A stretch of DNA of 64,000 bases. It comes from Bacteroidales bacterium. Lineage in GTDB: Bacteria > Bacteroidota > Bacteroidia > Bacteroidales > PUMT01. This document shows, piece by piece, positions 17,431 to 27,274 of the stretch. Numbering within the stretch: the first letter of the stretch is position 1; each line of letters begins with the position of its first letter. The stretch covers positions 10,012 to 74,011 of the forward strand of contig SLKJ01000008.1 in assembly GCA_007134675.1 (NCBI GenBank), in the 5' to 3' direction. A program made the translations under genes and the position numbers. Under the pieces are notes generated by a model. It did no database searches, was not told the origin of the DNA, and saw only the letters and a list, made by a program, of their open reading frames with translations.

Positions 17431-18393
17431 ATGACCAGCCATAAACCGGCAATTATCTTTATGGGGACGCCCCGGTTTGCTGTTCCGTCCCTGGAAATCC
17501 TGATTGAAAAAGGTTATCCTGTCAGGGCTGTGGTGACTGCTGCTGATAAACCTTCCGGTCGGGGACTAAAGTTTAGGGAGTCGGCGGTTAAGCTTGCTGC
17601 ACTTGCCAATAATATTGAGGTTTTACAACCTTCTAAACTGAAGGAAGATAGATTTGCAGAGAGGCTAAGGGATTTTGCCGCTGACCTGTTTGTTATTGTT
17701 GCCTTCAGGATGCTGCCGGAGAAAATATGGACAATTCCACCATTGGGAACCGTAAACCTGCATGCCTCTCTTTTGCCTTTGTACCGGGGAGCTGCTCCCA
17801 TTAATCATGCCATTATAAATGGAGAGAAAATTACCGGGGTTACAACATTTTTGATTGAAAAAGAAATTGATACAGGTAAAATACTCCTTCAGGAGAAAAC
17901 AGGCATCAGGAGTAATGAGACTGCCGGGGAATTGCATGACAGGCTGATGATAGACGGCGCATGGTTGATGTTGAAAACCATCGAAGCAATTACAGCCGGA
18001 ACAGTTACTCCAAAGCCTCAGGACGAATCAGAATACAGGGTCAATTTGCCTGCAGCCCCGAAAATTACTAAAAAAGATTGCCGCATAAACTGGTCTCAGC
18101 CGGCGGACAGATTATTTGATTTTGTAAGAGGACTGAGCCCCTATCCTGGAGCGTGGACAATCCTGGAAGATGGGGGAAAAACTATAAATATCAGGATTTT
18201 TGAAGTTGAAAAAATTGCAGAAGCCCATGCTTTCAGCCCGGGCAGGCTGAAAGTATATAATAATCAACTGATCATTGCAACGGGTGAAGGGTCTGTTTTG
18301 GTAAAACGTTTGCAACCGGAAGCCAGAAGGCCGATGACGGGACCTGAATTTGTCAGAGGATACAGACCCGGTCCAATGGCCTCATGTATTTGA
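17431..18393 (+). CDS. fmt: Methionyl-tRNA formyltransferase
   Basis: 320 aa with IIFMGTPRFAVPSL, NLHASLLPLYRGAAPINHAI and a C-terminal domain ending in LQPEARRPM. Confidence 0.92.
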   Translation: MTSHKPAIIFMGTPRFAVPSLEILIEKGYPVRAVVTAADKPSGRGLKFRESAVKLAALANNIEVLQPSKLKEDRFAERLRDFAADLFVIVAFRMLPEKIWTIPPLGTVNLHASLLPLYRGAAPINHAIINGEKITGVTTFLIEKEIDTGKILLQEKTGIRSNETAGELHDRLMIDGAWLMLKTIEAITAGTVTPKPQDESEYRVNLPAAPKITKKDCRINWSQPADRLFDFVRGLSPYPGAWTILEDGGKTINIRIFEVEKIAEAHAFSPGRLKVYNNQLIIATGEGSVLVKRLQPEARRPMTGPEFVRGYRPGPMASCI

Positions 18394-18462
18394 AGGCATT
18401 TTCAACAGTCTGAATGGCATAATTTTTTTACTTTAACATTTGCATCATCAGATCCTCTGCTC

Positions 18463-19416
18463 CTAGTAGGGACTATCGTTTCGCAGATAGATAATCTGAC
18501 CCGGAGTTGGTTCCTCTCCTTTTCGCATATGATTGCGCCTTAACAGCCGTGCAAGCCTTATACCGTATAATTGAGATATATGCCACATTGTTTCACCCTC
18601 AATTACCTTATGTGTTTCCATACCTCTTTGAGCCCTTATGCGTTTTGGCTGAAGATAAACTATGTCACCCGGATTTATGGCAGAACCCCGGGAGATATCG
18701 TTGTAGCGGGCCAGCTCCCAACTCATAAGTCCTATTTCGCTGGTAATACTTTCGTATGTATCTCCATCTTCGGCAATAATATAATTTATTCTGTTCCGGG
18801 TCTGAATCCTTCTTGATCCGGAAGTCGGGAACTCATCAGTAACTCCTTTTCTTTTCCTGTTATCAACAACTTCCCCTCCACTTTTTGATAATGATATTCC
18901 TGCATCAAGCTTGTAAAGCTCATTGTCTTCGATAATCCTTATCAGTAGTCTGTCATATTGTGGATTAGTGGCATATCCCGCTGCTCTCAGACTTCTTGCC
19001 CAGCCTCTATAATCATAGGGGTCCAGTTTAAAGAGATCTGCGTATCTTGGCCTGCTTGTGAGAAAATCACTGTGATCAAGAAAAGATTCTTCCGGGTTGC
19101 TGTATCTCCTGAAACATTCATTTCGCTCATCATCATCATGATATATCCTCCTTCCTGTCCAGTCATGACATTTAATTCCAAAATGGTTATTACCTCGTCT
19201 TGCAAGTGTGCTGTTTCCGTCTCCCGATTCAAGTATTGCCTGGGCCATTTTTATACTTGCCGGAATACCTGTCCTCTTCATTTCCCTGATGGCAATATCA
19301 CTGTACTTTGCAATATATTCAGATCGTGTGACAGATGTGGCCGGGGGGGTGTAACGGATAGATCTGCAGGCTGATATTAAAACAGCAATAAAGATGATCA
19401 GTCGGAGAATTTTCAT
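18463..19416 (-). CDS. Glucosaminidase-domain peptidoglycan hydrolase with two LysM domains
   Basis: 317 aa with a signal/lipobox (LISAC). The GH73-type region is AQAILESGDGNSTLA..NNHFGIK...YATNPQY. Two C-terminal LysM-like repeats are present (YIIAEDGDTYESI..., HKVIEGETMWHISQLYG). Confidence 0.85.
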   Translation of the reverse strand: MKILRLIIFIAVLISACRSIRYTPPATSVTRSEYIAKYSDIAIREMKRTGIPASIKMAQAILESGDGNSTLARRGNNHFGIKCHDWTGRRIYHDDDERNECFRRYSNPEESFLDHSDFLTSRPRYADLFKLDPYDYRGWARSLRAAGYATNPQYDRLLIRIIEDNELYKLDAGISLSKSGGEVVDNRKRKGVTDEFPTSGSRRIQTRNRINYIIAEDGDTYESITSEIGLMSWELARYNDISRGSAINPGDIVYLQPKRIRAQRGMETHKVIEGETMWHISQLYGIRLARLLRRNHMRKGEEPTPGQIIYLRNDSPY

Positions 19417-19657
19417 AAGTAAATATTCAAATTAAATCATTGTTCTCTGGTCAAAATATTGAAAATATTGTCATTGGCGTTTCATATACGATTTATTTTG
19501 TGGTTCAATAAAGCAAAAATGGCTAATTTTCCGGAAATATGCGTATTAAATAGTTGTTGTTTAAACAAAATAAACATAACTATTATTGTCAATCCAAAAG
19601 TTAGTTATAAATGAAAATGATGAATCATGGGAATATTTGTACCGTGCGGTTTGCCGG

Positions 19658-21253
19658 TCAGTATTCTGAAAGTATTCTTTTGAATGTGCTGTTCGGCACT
19701 ATCCCTTCATTGTCTGTGCAGTATTCTTTTTTCAACCTGTTAAGAAAATACATATCAATCTGACCCTTGTTCCGGACATCTATCTTACCCCTGTAGGTGC
19801 AGTCGAAGTATTTTTTTACATGCTTGTAAGTACTGCCTGAGATATTTATTTTATTCGCTTCACCATTGGACTCCATCCTGCTTGCTGTGTTAACGGCATC
19901 TCCCCAGATATCATATGCCATTTTTGATCTTCCAATAACTCCTGCAATAACTTCTCCAGTGTGAATGCCAAGACGTAATTCCCATTTAGGCTGGCTTTTC
20001 AATTCTTTCTCCCGGTTAGACTCTTTAACGAATTTTTGTATTTCAAGGGCTGCCAGGGCTGTGTCTATAGGATTACTGCGGTTTCTTATTGGAAGACCTC
20101 CGGCACACATGTAAGAATCTCCAATAGTTTTTATTTTTTCAATAAAATGTTCAGTTGTAATTAAGTCAAACTTTTCGAAATACATGCTAAGCTCCCTGAT
20201 CAGATCGTGCACGCTCAACTTATCAGATAATTTGGCAAATCCGGCAAAATCAGTGAACATGATTGAGACTAACCTGTAATGTTTTGGTATGGCATATCCC
20301 TTTAATTTAAGTTGCTCAGCAATATCATATGGAAAAATATTCTTCAGAAGATTGTCGGCCAGCTTTTTCTGTTCTTCCATGAGTTTTTTCTGCTGGGTTA
20401 CCTCCTTCTGTTTTTCTTCCAGCTTTTTGTTGATCTGTTCGACGCTGACTGTAATATCAACAAGATCCTGATTTTGATCCCGCAATCTTTCCTCTGCCAG
20501 CTTTAGCGGTGTTATATCTGTTTCAACAGCAATGAAATTGGTTATTACATCATTATCAGCTATTATAGGAGTGAGGGAGGTCTGGATCCATTTCTTGTTT
20601 CCATTTCTGGTGACCCAGCAATTTTCATATACCATCCATTTGCGATCTTTTCTGCATTTGCTCATTGCCTCTGAAAACTTATGTGAAATCTCCTGTAGTT
20701 TATTGCCGTATCGACCCTTGAAGTCTTCCATGGAGTATTCATAAATTCTTTCAAATGCCTTATTAACCCATTCAAGTTCCCCAACAGCATTTGTTATCAG
20801 AACCGAGTTGTCGGACTTGTCAGCAACCAGAGAGAGTTTTTTGAGTTCTTCTGAGTGTTTAAGGTTTTCAAGGTATAACCGATTTCGTTGAATCAGATAT
20901 TTAATTCTTATCATCAGTTCAATCCTTTCAATAGGCTTTCTGATAAAGTCGTCTGCTCCCGCAGTGATAGCCTTCTGAACATTATATGATATAAAATCAG
21001 TGATCATAAGTACCGGTATGGTTTTTGTCTTTTGATTACCCTTAATCAGAGAAAGTGCTTTCATCCCTTTATCTATAATATCATCGAAATAGAGAATGAT
21101 TATATCGGGCCATTCTACTGAATTGACATTTTCATCAATTTTACTGCTTATGGTCGTGAAAACCGTGAATTCGTGTGTAAATAGTTCAAGAGATTTTCGA
21201 AGAACTGTCACTGATTTTATGTTATCTCCTGCTATAAGGACTTTATAGTGCAT
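19658..21253 (-). CDS. Response-regulator receiver - PAS - coiled coil - class III adenylate cyclase
   Basis: 531 aa. The REC-like N-terminus has PVLMITD and FIRKP. The PAS-like segment includes NSVLITNAVGELEWVNKAFERIYEY. A Lys/Glu-rich coiled coil follows. The cyclase domain has VSIMFTDFAGF, KTIGDSYMCAGG, LRLGIHTGEVIAGVIG and YDIWGDAVNTASRMES. Confidence 0.85.
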   Translation of the reverse strand: MHYKVLIAGDNIKSVTVLRKSLELFTHEFTVFTTISSKIDENVNSVEWPDIIILYFDDIIDKGMKALSLIKGNQKTKTIPVLMITDFISYNVQKAITAGADDFIRKPIERIELMIRIKYLIQRNRLYLENLKHSEELKKLSLVADKSDNSVLITNAVGELEWVNKAFERIYEYSMEDFKGRYGNKLQEISHKFSEAMSKCRKDRKWMVYENCWVTRNGNKKWIQTSLTPIIADNDVITNFIAVETDITPLKLAEERLRDQNQDLVDITVSVEQINKKLEEKQKEVTQQKKLMEEQKKLADNLLKNIFPYDIAEQLKLKGYAIPKHYRLVSIMFTDFAGFAKLSDKLSVHDLIRELSMYFEKFDLITTEHFIEKIKTIGDSYMCAGGLPIRNRSNPIDTALAALEIQKFVKESNREKELKSQPKWELRLGIHTGEVIAGVIGRSKMAYDIWGDAVNTASRMESNGEANKINISGSTYKHVKKYFDCTYRGKIDVRNKGQIDMYFLNRLKKEYCTDNEGIVPNSTFKRILSEY

Positions 21254-21355
21254 TTGTGTAAATTGTGGCTATCTGATTTCTGATAATTAATATACATTGG
21301 TTTTGTTCTTTCATATTATATTCCGGTCTAAAAGTAACAATTTCCTGATATGATC

Positions 21356-22060
21356 CTATACCTTTAAAGAGCCGGTTTTTAATTTCATATTAACTATATC
21401 CCATAATCTATGGCCGGAGGGATCTGCAAAGATCACTACCGGTTCCAGGCTTACCGGATGTGTAAAGGCAATTTTTCTTGAGTGAAGGCCTATTCCTCCT
21501 GACTCGATTGATCTGGGAAAGCCGTATTTCAAATCGCCGAGAACAGGGCAGCCAATTTTTGCCAGTTGACAACGGATCTGATGGTGCCTGCCTGTTTCCA
21601 GGTTAATCTCAAGAAGGTAATAGTTCTGAAATTCATATAGGAGATTGTAGCTGAGAATTGCCTTTTTTGAGCCTTCTACAGCTTTTTCGTATACATAGGA
21701 CTTATTCTGAATATGGTTTTTTTTAAGATGATGAACAAGTTGCCCTGAATCATTTTCTGGTTTACTTCCTACAATTGCCCAGTATGTTTTTTTCACATCA
21801 CCGGTTTTAAAAAGATTGTTCATCCTCGTGAGGGCCTTGCTGGTTTTTGCAAATAAAACAACCCCGCTTACAGGTCTGTCAAGTCTGTGAATTACACCCA
21901 GGTAAACATTCCCGGGTTTATTGTATTTCTGTTTTAACCATGATTTCAATATTTGCTGAAGGGAGGTATCACCAGTAATATCTCCCTGAACAAGATCGGA
22001 TGTCTGTTTATTGACAGCTATAATGTGATTGTCTTCATATATTATCTCCGGAGAGCACAT
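21356..22060 (-). CDS. RluA-family pseudouridine synthase (no S4 domain)
   Basis: 234 aa with IAVNKQ, the catalytic HRLDRPVSGV motif, GRHHQIRCQLA and LHSRKIAFTHP. Confidence 0.88.
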   Translation of the reverse strand: MCSPEIIYEDNHIIAVNKQTSDLVQGDITGDTSLQQILKSWLKQKYNKPGNVYLGVIHRLDRPVSGVVLFAKTSKALTRMNNLFKTGDVKKTYWAIVGSKPENDSGQLVHHLKKNHIQNKSYVYEKAVEGSKKAILSYNLLYEFQNYYLLEINLETGRHHQIRCQLAKIGCPVLGDLKYGFPRSIESGGIGLHSRKIAFTHPVSLEPVVIFADPSGHRLWDIVNMKLKTGSLKV

Positions 22061-22076
22061 CAGAACGGAAAATCTC

Positions 22077-22898
22077 TTAGTATTGTTCTTTTTCGTTCGG
22101 AAAATCCTGCTTTTTTACATCTTCAGTATAATTTTGAACTGCACCTTTTATTTCTTCATACAGGTTATGATAGCGTCTTAAAAATCTCGGGGAAAAGTCC
22201 TGAATTATTCCCAGCATATCATGAAGGACAAGCACTTGTCCGTCAACTTTCGCTCCGGCACCAATTCCAATTACGGGTATCTTGACAGTTGAGGCAACCC
22301 TTGCTGCCAGTTTAGCAGGGATTTTCTCAAGTACTATTGAGAAACAGCCAGCTTTTTCCAGGGTTTCAGCATCTTCCAATAATGTATTGGCCTCTTCCTC
22401 TTCCGTCGCCCTTACTATGTAAGTTCCAAACTTGTGAATAGATTGCGGCATAAGTCCCAAATGCCCCATGACGGGTATTCCTGCCGAAAGAATCCTGTTT
22501 ACTGATTCGATAATTTCCGATCCTCCCTCCATTTTCACCGCATGTGCACCAGTTTCTTTCATGATCCTTATTGCCGAACAGAGAGCCTCTTTTGAGTTGC
22601 CCTGGTATGTTCCAAACGGCATATCAACAACAATCAGCGCACGGTTAATGGCTTTAACCACAGATCTGGCATGATAGATCATCTGGTCAAGTGTAATGGG
22701 CAGGGTTGATTCATTGCCTGCCATCACATTTGAGGCAGAATCACCCACAAGCACTACGTCTATACCTGTCGAATCTATTATTCTGGCCATGGAATAGTCA
22801 TATGCTGTTATCATTGCTATCTTATCACCATGAAGTTTCATTTCCTGTAAAACATGGGTGGTGACCTTCTTTATCCTGGATCTTTTATTTACAGACAT
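22077..22898 (-). CDS. panB: 3-methyl-2-oxobutanoate hydroxymethyltransferase
   Basis: 273 aa with [37 protein letters not shown] and IGIGAG motifs. Confidence 0.92.
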   Translation of the reverse strand: MSVNKRSRIKKVTTHVLQEMKLHGDKIAMITAYDYSMARIIDSTGIDVVLVGDSASNVMAGNESTLPITLDQMIYHARSVVKAINRALIVVDMPFGTYQGNSKEALCSAIRIMKETGAHAVKMEGGSEIIESVNRILSAGIPVMGHLGLMPQSIHKFGTYIVRATEEEEANTLLEDAETLEKAGCFSIVLEKIPAKLAARVASTVKIPVIGIGAGAKVDGQVLVLHDMLGIIQDFSPRFLRRYHNLYEEIKGAVQNYTEDVKKQDFPNEKEQY

Positions 22899-23136
22899 CT
22901 TCTTGCGATATTATTTGATGTAACAAATATAATTGAATTTTTTCAGCTTAAAATACACACATACAGATGAAAAAAAATCATTCTTTCAGCACTGTCATAA
23001 TGTCTTTTTGTCACATGTTTAATAATTCCGATTTGGAAATCTTTGTGTCAATATTACATAATAATGCCATTATAATGTTATGGCACAATCATTGATTACT
23101 TTCTTTTCCAAAAAAAATATAAAACTAAAATATATT

Positions 23137-25056
23137 ATGGGTAAAATAATTGGTATAGATCTGGGCACAACCAATAGTTGTGTTTCCGTAATGGAAGGGA
23201 ATGAACCTGTAGTTATTCCTAACAGCGAAGGCAAAAGAACAACTCCTTCAATAGTCGCGTTTGTTGATAATGGTGAAAGAAAAGTCGGAGACCCTGCAAA
23301 GAGGCAGGCTATAACTAATCCCGAAAGGACCATTTCATCAATCAAAAGATTTATGGGGGAGCCTTATGATAAGTTATCAAAAGAGATCAACAGGGTATCT
23401 TTCAAAGTCGACAAAGGAGATAACATTACACCCAGGGTGGTTGTAGGTGATCGTAAATATTCTCCACAGGAGATATCTGCAATGGTTCTTCAAAAGATGA
23501 AGAAAACTGCAGAGGATTATTTGAGCCAGGAAGTTAACGAAGCCGTTATTACAGTTCCGGCCTACTTTAGTGACTCACAGCGTCAGGCTACAAAGGAGGC
23601 GGGAGAGATAGCCGGACTTAAAGTGAAACGTATTATAAATGAGCCTACTGCTGCAGCCCTGGCATATGGTCTCGATAAAAAATCTCAGGATCTGAAAATT
23701 GCTGTATATGATCTGGGAGGAGGAACTTTTGATATTTCAATCCTGGAGCTTGGTGACGGAGTATTTGAGGTAAAATCTACCAACGGTGATACTCACCTTG
23801 GGGGTGATGATTTTGATCAGGTTATAATAGACTGGCTGGCAGGAGAATTTAAAAAGGATGAAGGTGTCGATCTTAAAAAGGATCCAATGGCTCTTCAAAG
23901 ACTCAAGGAGGCTGCAGAGAAAGCCAAGATTGAGCTATCAAGCTCAAGCAGTACTGAGATCAACCTTCCGTATATCATGCCTATTGACGGTATACCAAAA
24001 CATATTGTGAAAACACTTACCAGGGCTCACTTTGAGAAACTTAGTGATAAACTGATTCAGGCTACCATTGAGCCCTGTAAAAAAGCACTTAAGGATAGTG
24101 GTCTCTCTTCTTCAGATATCAATGAAGTAATACTTGTGGGCGGTTCCACACGTATACCTGCAATACAGAAGGTGGTTGAGGATTTCTTCGCAAGGACACC
24201 TTCCAAGGGTGTCAATCCCGATGAGGTGGTGGCTATTGGTGCAGCAATTCAGGGAGGCGTTCTTACAGGAGAGGTAAAGGATGTGCTGCTACTGGATGTT
24301 ACTCCGTTATCCTTGGGTATTGAAACTATGGGTGGTGTAATGACAAGACTTATTGAGGCAAATACTACTATACCCACTAAAAAAACCGAGACATTTACCA
24401 CAGCTGCAGATAATCAGCCCTCTGTTGAGATACATGTCCTGCAGGGCGAACGTCCGGTTGCATCGGGCAACAAGACAATTGGGAGATTCCATCTGGATGG
24501 AATCCCACCTGCCCCGAGAGGTGTGCCCCAGGTTGAGGTTACTTTTGATATTGATGCCAATGGTATTCTTAATGTTTCAGCTAAAGATAAGGGTACGAAC
24601 AAACAGCAGAGTATCAGAATTGAGGCCTCATCAGGTCTTAATGAAGAAGAAATAAAGCGTATGCGTGAGGAGGCCAAGGTACATGAAGAGGAGGATAAAA
24701 AGGTGAGAGAAAAGGCGGATAAGATGAATGCGGCCGACAGCCTGATATTCCAGACCGAGAAACAATTGAAGGAATTTGGTGACAAACTGCCTGCAGATAA
24801 GAAAGCGCCCATTGAAGAGGCTCTTGGTAAATTAAAAGAGGCACATAAAAGCCAGGATATTGAGGCAATCGATAAAGCATCTGCTGAATTGAATACAGTT
24901 TGGCAGGCAGCATCGGAAGAAATGTACAAGGCAGGTCAGGCTCAGGCTGGTTCAGAATCCGGACAGGGTTCCGGACAGGATGAACAGTCATCCAAATCGG
25001 AGTCCTCCTCTGGTGATGATGATGTAACTGACGTAGATTTTGAAGAAGTAAAATAA
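23137..25056 (+). CDS. dnaK: Molecular chaperone DnaK (Hsp70)
   Basis: The ATG at 23137 gives the canonical [16 protein letters not shown]. Further motifs are [24 protein letters not shown] and a C-terminal DVDFEEVK. The upstream 19 codons of the longest ORF are not Hsp70-like. Confidence 0.97.
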   Translation: MGKIIGIDLGTTNSCVSVMEGNEPVVIPNSEGKRTTPSIVAFVDNGERKVGDPAKRQAITNPERTISSIKRFMGEPYDKLSKEINRVSFKVDKGDNITPRVVVGDRKYSPQEISAMVLQKMKKTAEDYLSQEVNEAVITVPAYFSDSQRQATKEAGEIAGLKVKRIINEPTAAALAYGLDKKSQDLKIAVYDLGGGTFDISILELGDGVFEVKSTNGDTHLGGDDFDQVIIDWLAGEFKKDEGVDLKKDPMALQRLKEAAEKAKIELSSSSSTEINLPYIMPIDGIPKHIVKTLTRAHFEKLSDKLIQATIEPCKKALKDSGLSSSDINEVILVGGSTRIPAIQKVVEDFFARTPSKGVNPDEVVAIGAAIQGGVLTGEVKDVLLLDVTPLSLGIETMGGVMTRLIEANTTIPTKKTETFTTAADNQPSVEIHVLQGERPVASGNKTIGRFHLDGIPPAPRGVPQVEVTFDIDANGILNVSAKDKGTNKQQSIRIEASSGLNEEEIKRMREEAKVHEEEDKKVREKADKMNAADSLIFQTEKQLKEFGDKLPADKKAPIEEALGKLKEAHKSQDIEAIDKASAELNTVWQAASEEMYKAGQAQAGSESGQGSGQDEQSSKSESSSGDDDVTDVDFEEVK

Positions 25057-25063
25057 TTTTGTT

Positions 25064-25864
25064 ATGACATTGATGCTCTGTCTCCTCCTTTTTTCATCTT
25101 TTTTTTTACATCTGGATTCGCAGGAATTAAACGGCAGAAAAAATTATATTGATGATGAAGGGTTGAGACAGGGTTACTGGGAACGGAAATATCCCAATGG
25201 TAATATTCGATATCATGGTACCTTCAAAAATGATCGTCCGGTAGGTGAGTTAATCAGGTACTTTCCCGGGGGTAGCAAAATGGCCATAATGTTTTTCTGT
25301 AATGATGGCATAAGGGCTGAGACTCAGCTTTTTTACGAAGATGGCAATCTTGCTGCCCGCGGAATTTATATTGATGAAAAAAAGGACAGCTTATGGGAGT
25401 ATTTTTCTTTTTATGATAATTATCTCGCCAGAAAAGAGACTTATGATATGGGAAAGAAAGAGGGGGTTTCAACGGCATATTACCCTGATGGTCAGGTTGC
25501 TGAATCTTTCTGGTATGAAAATGATTTAAAGAATGGCCCCTGGAGACAATACTATCAAAACGGAAATCTGAGAATCGAAGCAGAATTTATAAATGACCAG
25601 CAGCATGGCAGCTTTGTTTATTATTCTTCCACCGGCAGGGTCGAAATAAAAGGTTATTATAAAAATAACCTGAGGCACGGGGAATGGATTTTTTATGATG
25701 AATCTGGCCACGAGGTTTCAGTCATCAATTTTATCGAAGGAATTCCTGAAAATGAAGAAGAATTGATTGAACAGCAGCAGAAGATGTTCAGGGAGATTGA
25801 ACAGATGCGTGGTAAAATACCTGAACCCGATGAATCAGATTTTTTTTCACCCGACAGGCGCTGA
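25064..25864 (+). CDS. MORN-repeat variant protein (YwqK-like)
   Basis: 266 aa with a signal-like N-terminus. Repeated G-x-W-x-x-Y-Y-x-N-G / G-x-x-x-x-G units are present (e.g. GYWERKYPNGNIRYHGTFKNDRPVG, GPWRQYYQNGNLRIEAEF, GEWIFYDESG). Confidence 0.7.
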   Translation: MTLMLCLLLFSSFFLHLDSQELNGRKNYIDDEGLRQGYWERKYPNGNIRYHGTFKNDRPVGELIRYFPGGSKMAIMFFCNDGIRAETQLFYEDGNLAARGIYIDEKKDSLWEYFSFYDNYLARKETYDMGKKEGVSTAYYPDGQVAESFWYENDLKNGPWRQYYQNGNLRIEAEFINDQQHGSFVYYSSTGRVEIKGYYKNNLRHGEWIFYDESGHEVSVINFIEGIPENEEELIEQQQKMFREIEQMRGKIPEPDESDFFSPDRR

Positions 25865-25909
25865 TTAATCTGATATTCAATTTACTTCACAGGGTTCTTT
25901 CCGGCCTGA

Positions 25910-27136
25910 TCACTTTCCGGTCCTTTTTCTGAATTTCTGTTTTCCTTTGCTTTTATCCTTACCGGATTTGTGTGGTTTGGCTTCATGATAGTCCGGTCCG
26001 TTACCAAGGTGGGGAGGAAGGGGGATTTTATGGACTTTACTTCCTATGAGGTCCTCAATATTCTGGAAACTTCTTATTTCTCTGTTGTTTATGAACGTCA
26101 GAGCCACCCCTGTCATTTCAGCCCTTGCCGTGCGGCCTACCCTGTGGACATAATCTTCGGCATCTGATGGAACATCGTAGTTTATTACCAGATCGATGCT
26201 GTCAATATCTATCCCGCGTGAAACAATATCTGTGGCAACCAGGATCTGAAGTTTCCTGTTCTTGAAATCGTTAAGAACAGAAATGCGTTCATGTTGTTCC
26301 AGGTCAGAGTGTATTGCACCACATGAAAAGCCGTCTGATTTAAGCTGCTTATGAAGAACTTTAACATTCTTCCTGGTTGCGGAGAAGATTAAAATGCTTT
26401 TCAGATCAGGTTTGTCATGCAGCAGGTCCATAATAAGGGCCTGTTTCTGGTTATCATGGACAAGGTATGCTCCCTGGAGGACACCTTCAGCCGGCTTTGC
26501 AATTGATATATTCACCTCCTCAGGTTCAGTAAGAATCTTTTTTGCCAGTTGCCTGATTTTCGGGGGCATGGTTGCTGAAAACATCAAAGTCTGCCGTTTC
26601 TTTGGAAGAGCGTTTATAATTTTTATAATATCGTCATAAAATCCCATATCAAGCATACGATCGGCTTCATCAAGAACGAGGGTCTGAAGAGAGTCTGATT
26701 TAAGGTAATCGAGTCCGATAAGGGAAATAAGCCTTCCGGGTGTGGCAATAATTATGTTGACTCCGGATGCGATGGCTGATTTTTGCTGATCCCATGTTTC
26801 ACCATCTCCACCTCCGTAAACCGCTATGCAACTTACGGGGATATGGTATGAAAATCCCTGGACATGCTGGTCAATCTGCATCGCCAGTTCTCTGGTTGGC
26901 ACTATCACAAGCAACCTGGTACCGTAGTAGTTCTCATTTTCAGCAATTTTCTGAAGCACCGGTAGCAAAAAGGCTGCTGTTTTTCCTGTCCCTGTCTGTG
27001 CACATGCTATGAGATCTTTGTTGTTAAGGATTAAGGGAATAGTTTTAACCTGTACCGGTGTCGGTTTGAAATAACCCATCGCATCAATGCTTTCCTGTAT
27101 TAATGGATGGAAATTGAAGTCTTTGAAGTTATTCAT
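25910..27136 (-). CDS. DEAD-box ATP-dependent RNA helicase (RhlE-like)
   Basis: 408 aa. It has a Q-motif region (GYFKPTPVQ), AQTGTGKT, PTRELA, the VLDEADRML DEAD box, SAT, VATDIVSRGIDI, HRVGRTAR and a basic C-terminal tail. Confidence 0.92.
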   Translation of the reverse strand: MNNFKDFNFHPLIQESIDAMGYFKPTPVQVKTIPLILNNKDLIACAQTGTGKTAAFLLPVLQKIAENENYYGTRLLVIVPTRELAMQIDQHVQGFSYHIPVSCIAVYGGGDGETWDQQKSAIASGVNIIIATPGRLISLIGLDYLKSDSLQTLVLDEADRMLDMGFYDDIIKIINALPKKRQTLMFSATMPPKIRQLAKKILTEPEEVNISIAKPAEGVLQGAYLVHDNQKQALIMDLLHDKPDLKSILIFSATRKNVKVLHKQLKSDGFSCGAIHSDLEQHERISVLNDFKNRKLQILVATDIVSRGIDIDSIDLVINYDVPSDAEDYVHRVGRTARAEMTGVALTFINNREIRSFQNIEDLIGSKVHKIPLPPHLGNGPDYHEAKPHKSGKDKSKGKQKFRKRTGK

Positions 27137-27176
27137 CTTAGAAGTTCACCTTTGCGTTTTATTTAATGAAGGCATG

Positions 27177-27192
27177 CAAAGATACAAAGATA
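27177..27192 (-). promoter_or_regulatory. Tandem TATCTTTG (-7 type TAnnTTTG) motifs upstream of the DEAD-box helicase
   Basis: The plus strand reads caaagata twice in tandem (27177-27184 and 27185-27192). On the minus strand this is TATCTTTG TATCTTTG, 40-56 nt upstream of the helicase ATG (27136). Confidence 0.35.
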
Positions 27193-27274
27193 TTTGTACT
27201 GATTCAGATTTTGTATTCCACCTTGCCGGGCAGAAATCCGAAGTCTTTGAATTTTAATCGACTATCTCTTGTTA

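Noticed and set aside
23065-23085. Inverted repeat TGCCAT-N9-ATGGCA, 52 nt upstream of the dnaK ATG. Its N9 spacing is reminiscent of the CIRCE heat-shock operator.
   Set aside because: The arms are only 6 bp and unrelated to the CIRCE consensus (TTAGCACTC-N9-GAGTGCTAA). An IR of this size is expected by chance in a 240-nt AT-rich region.
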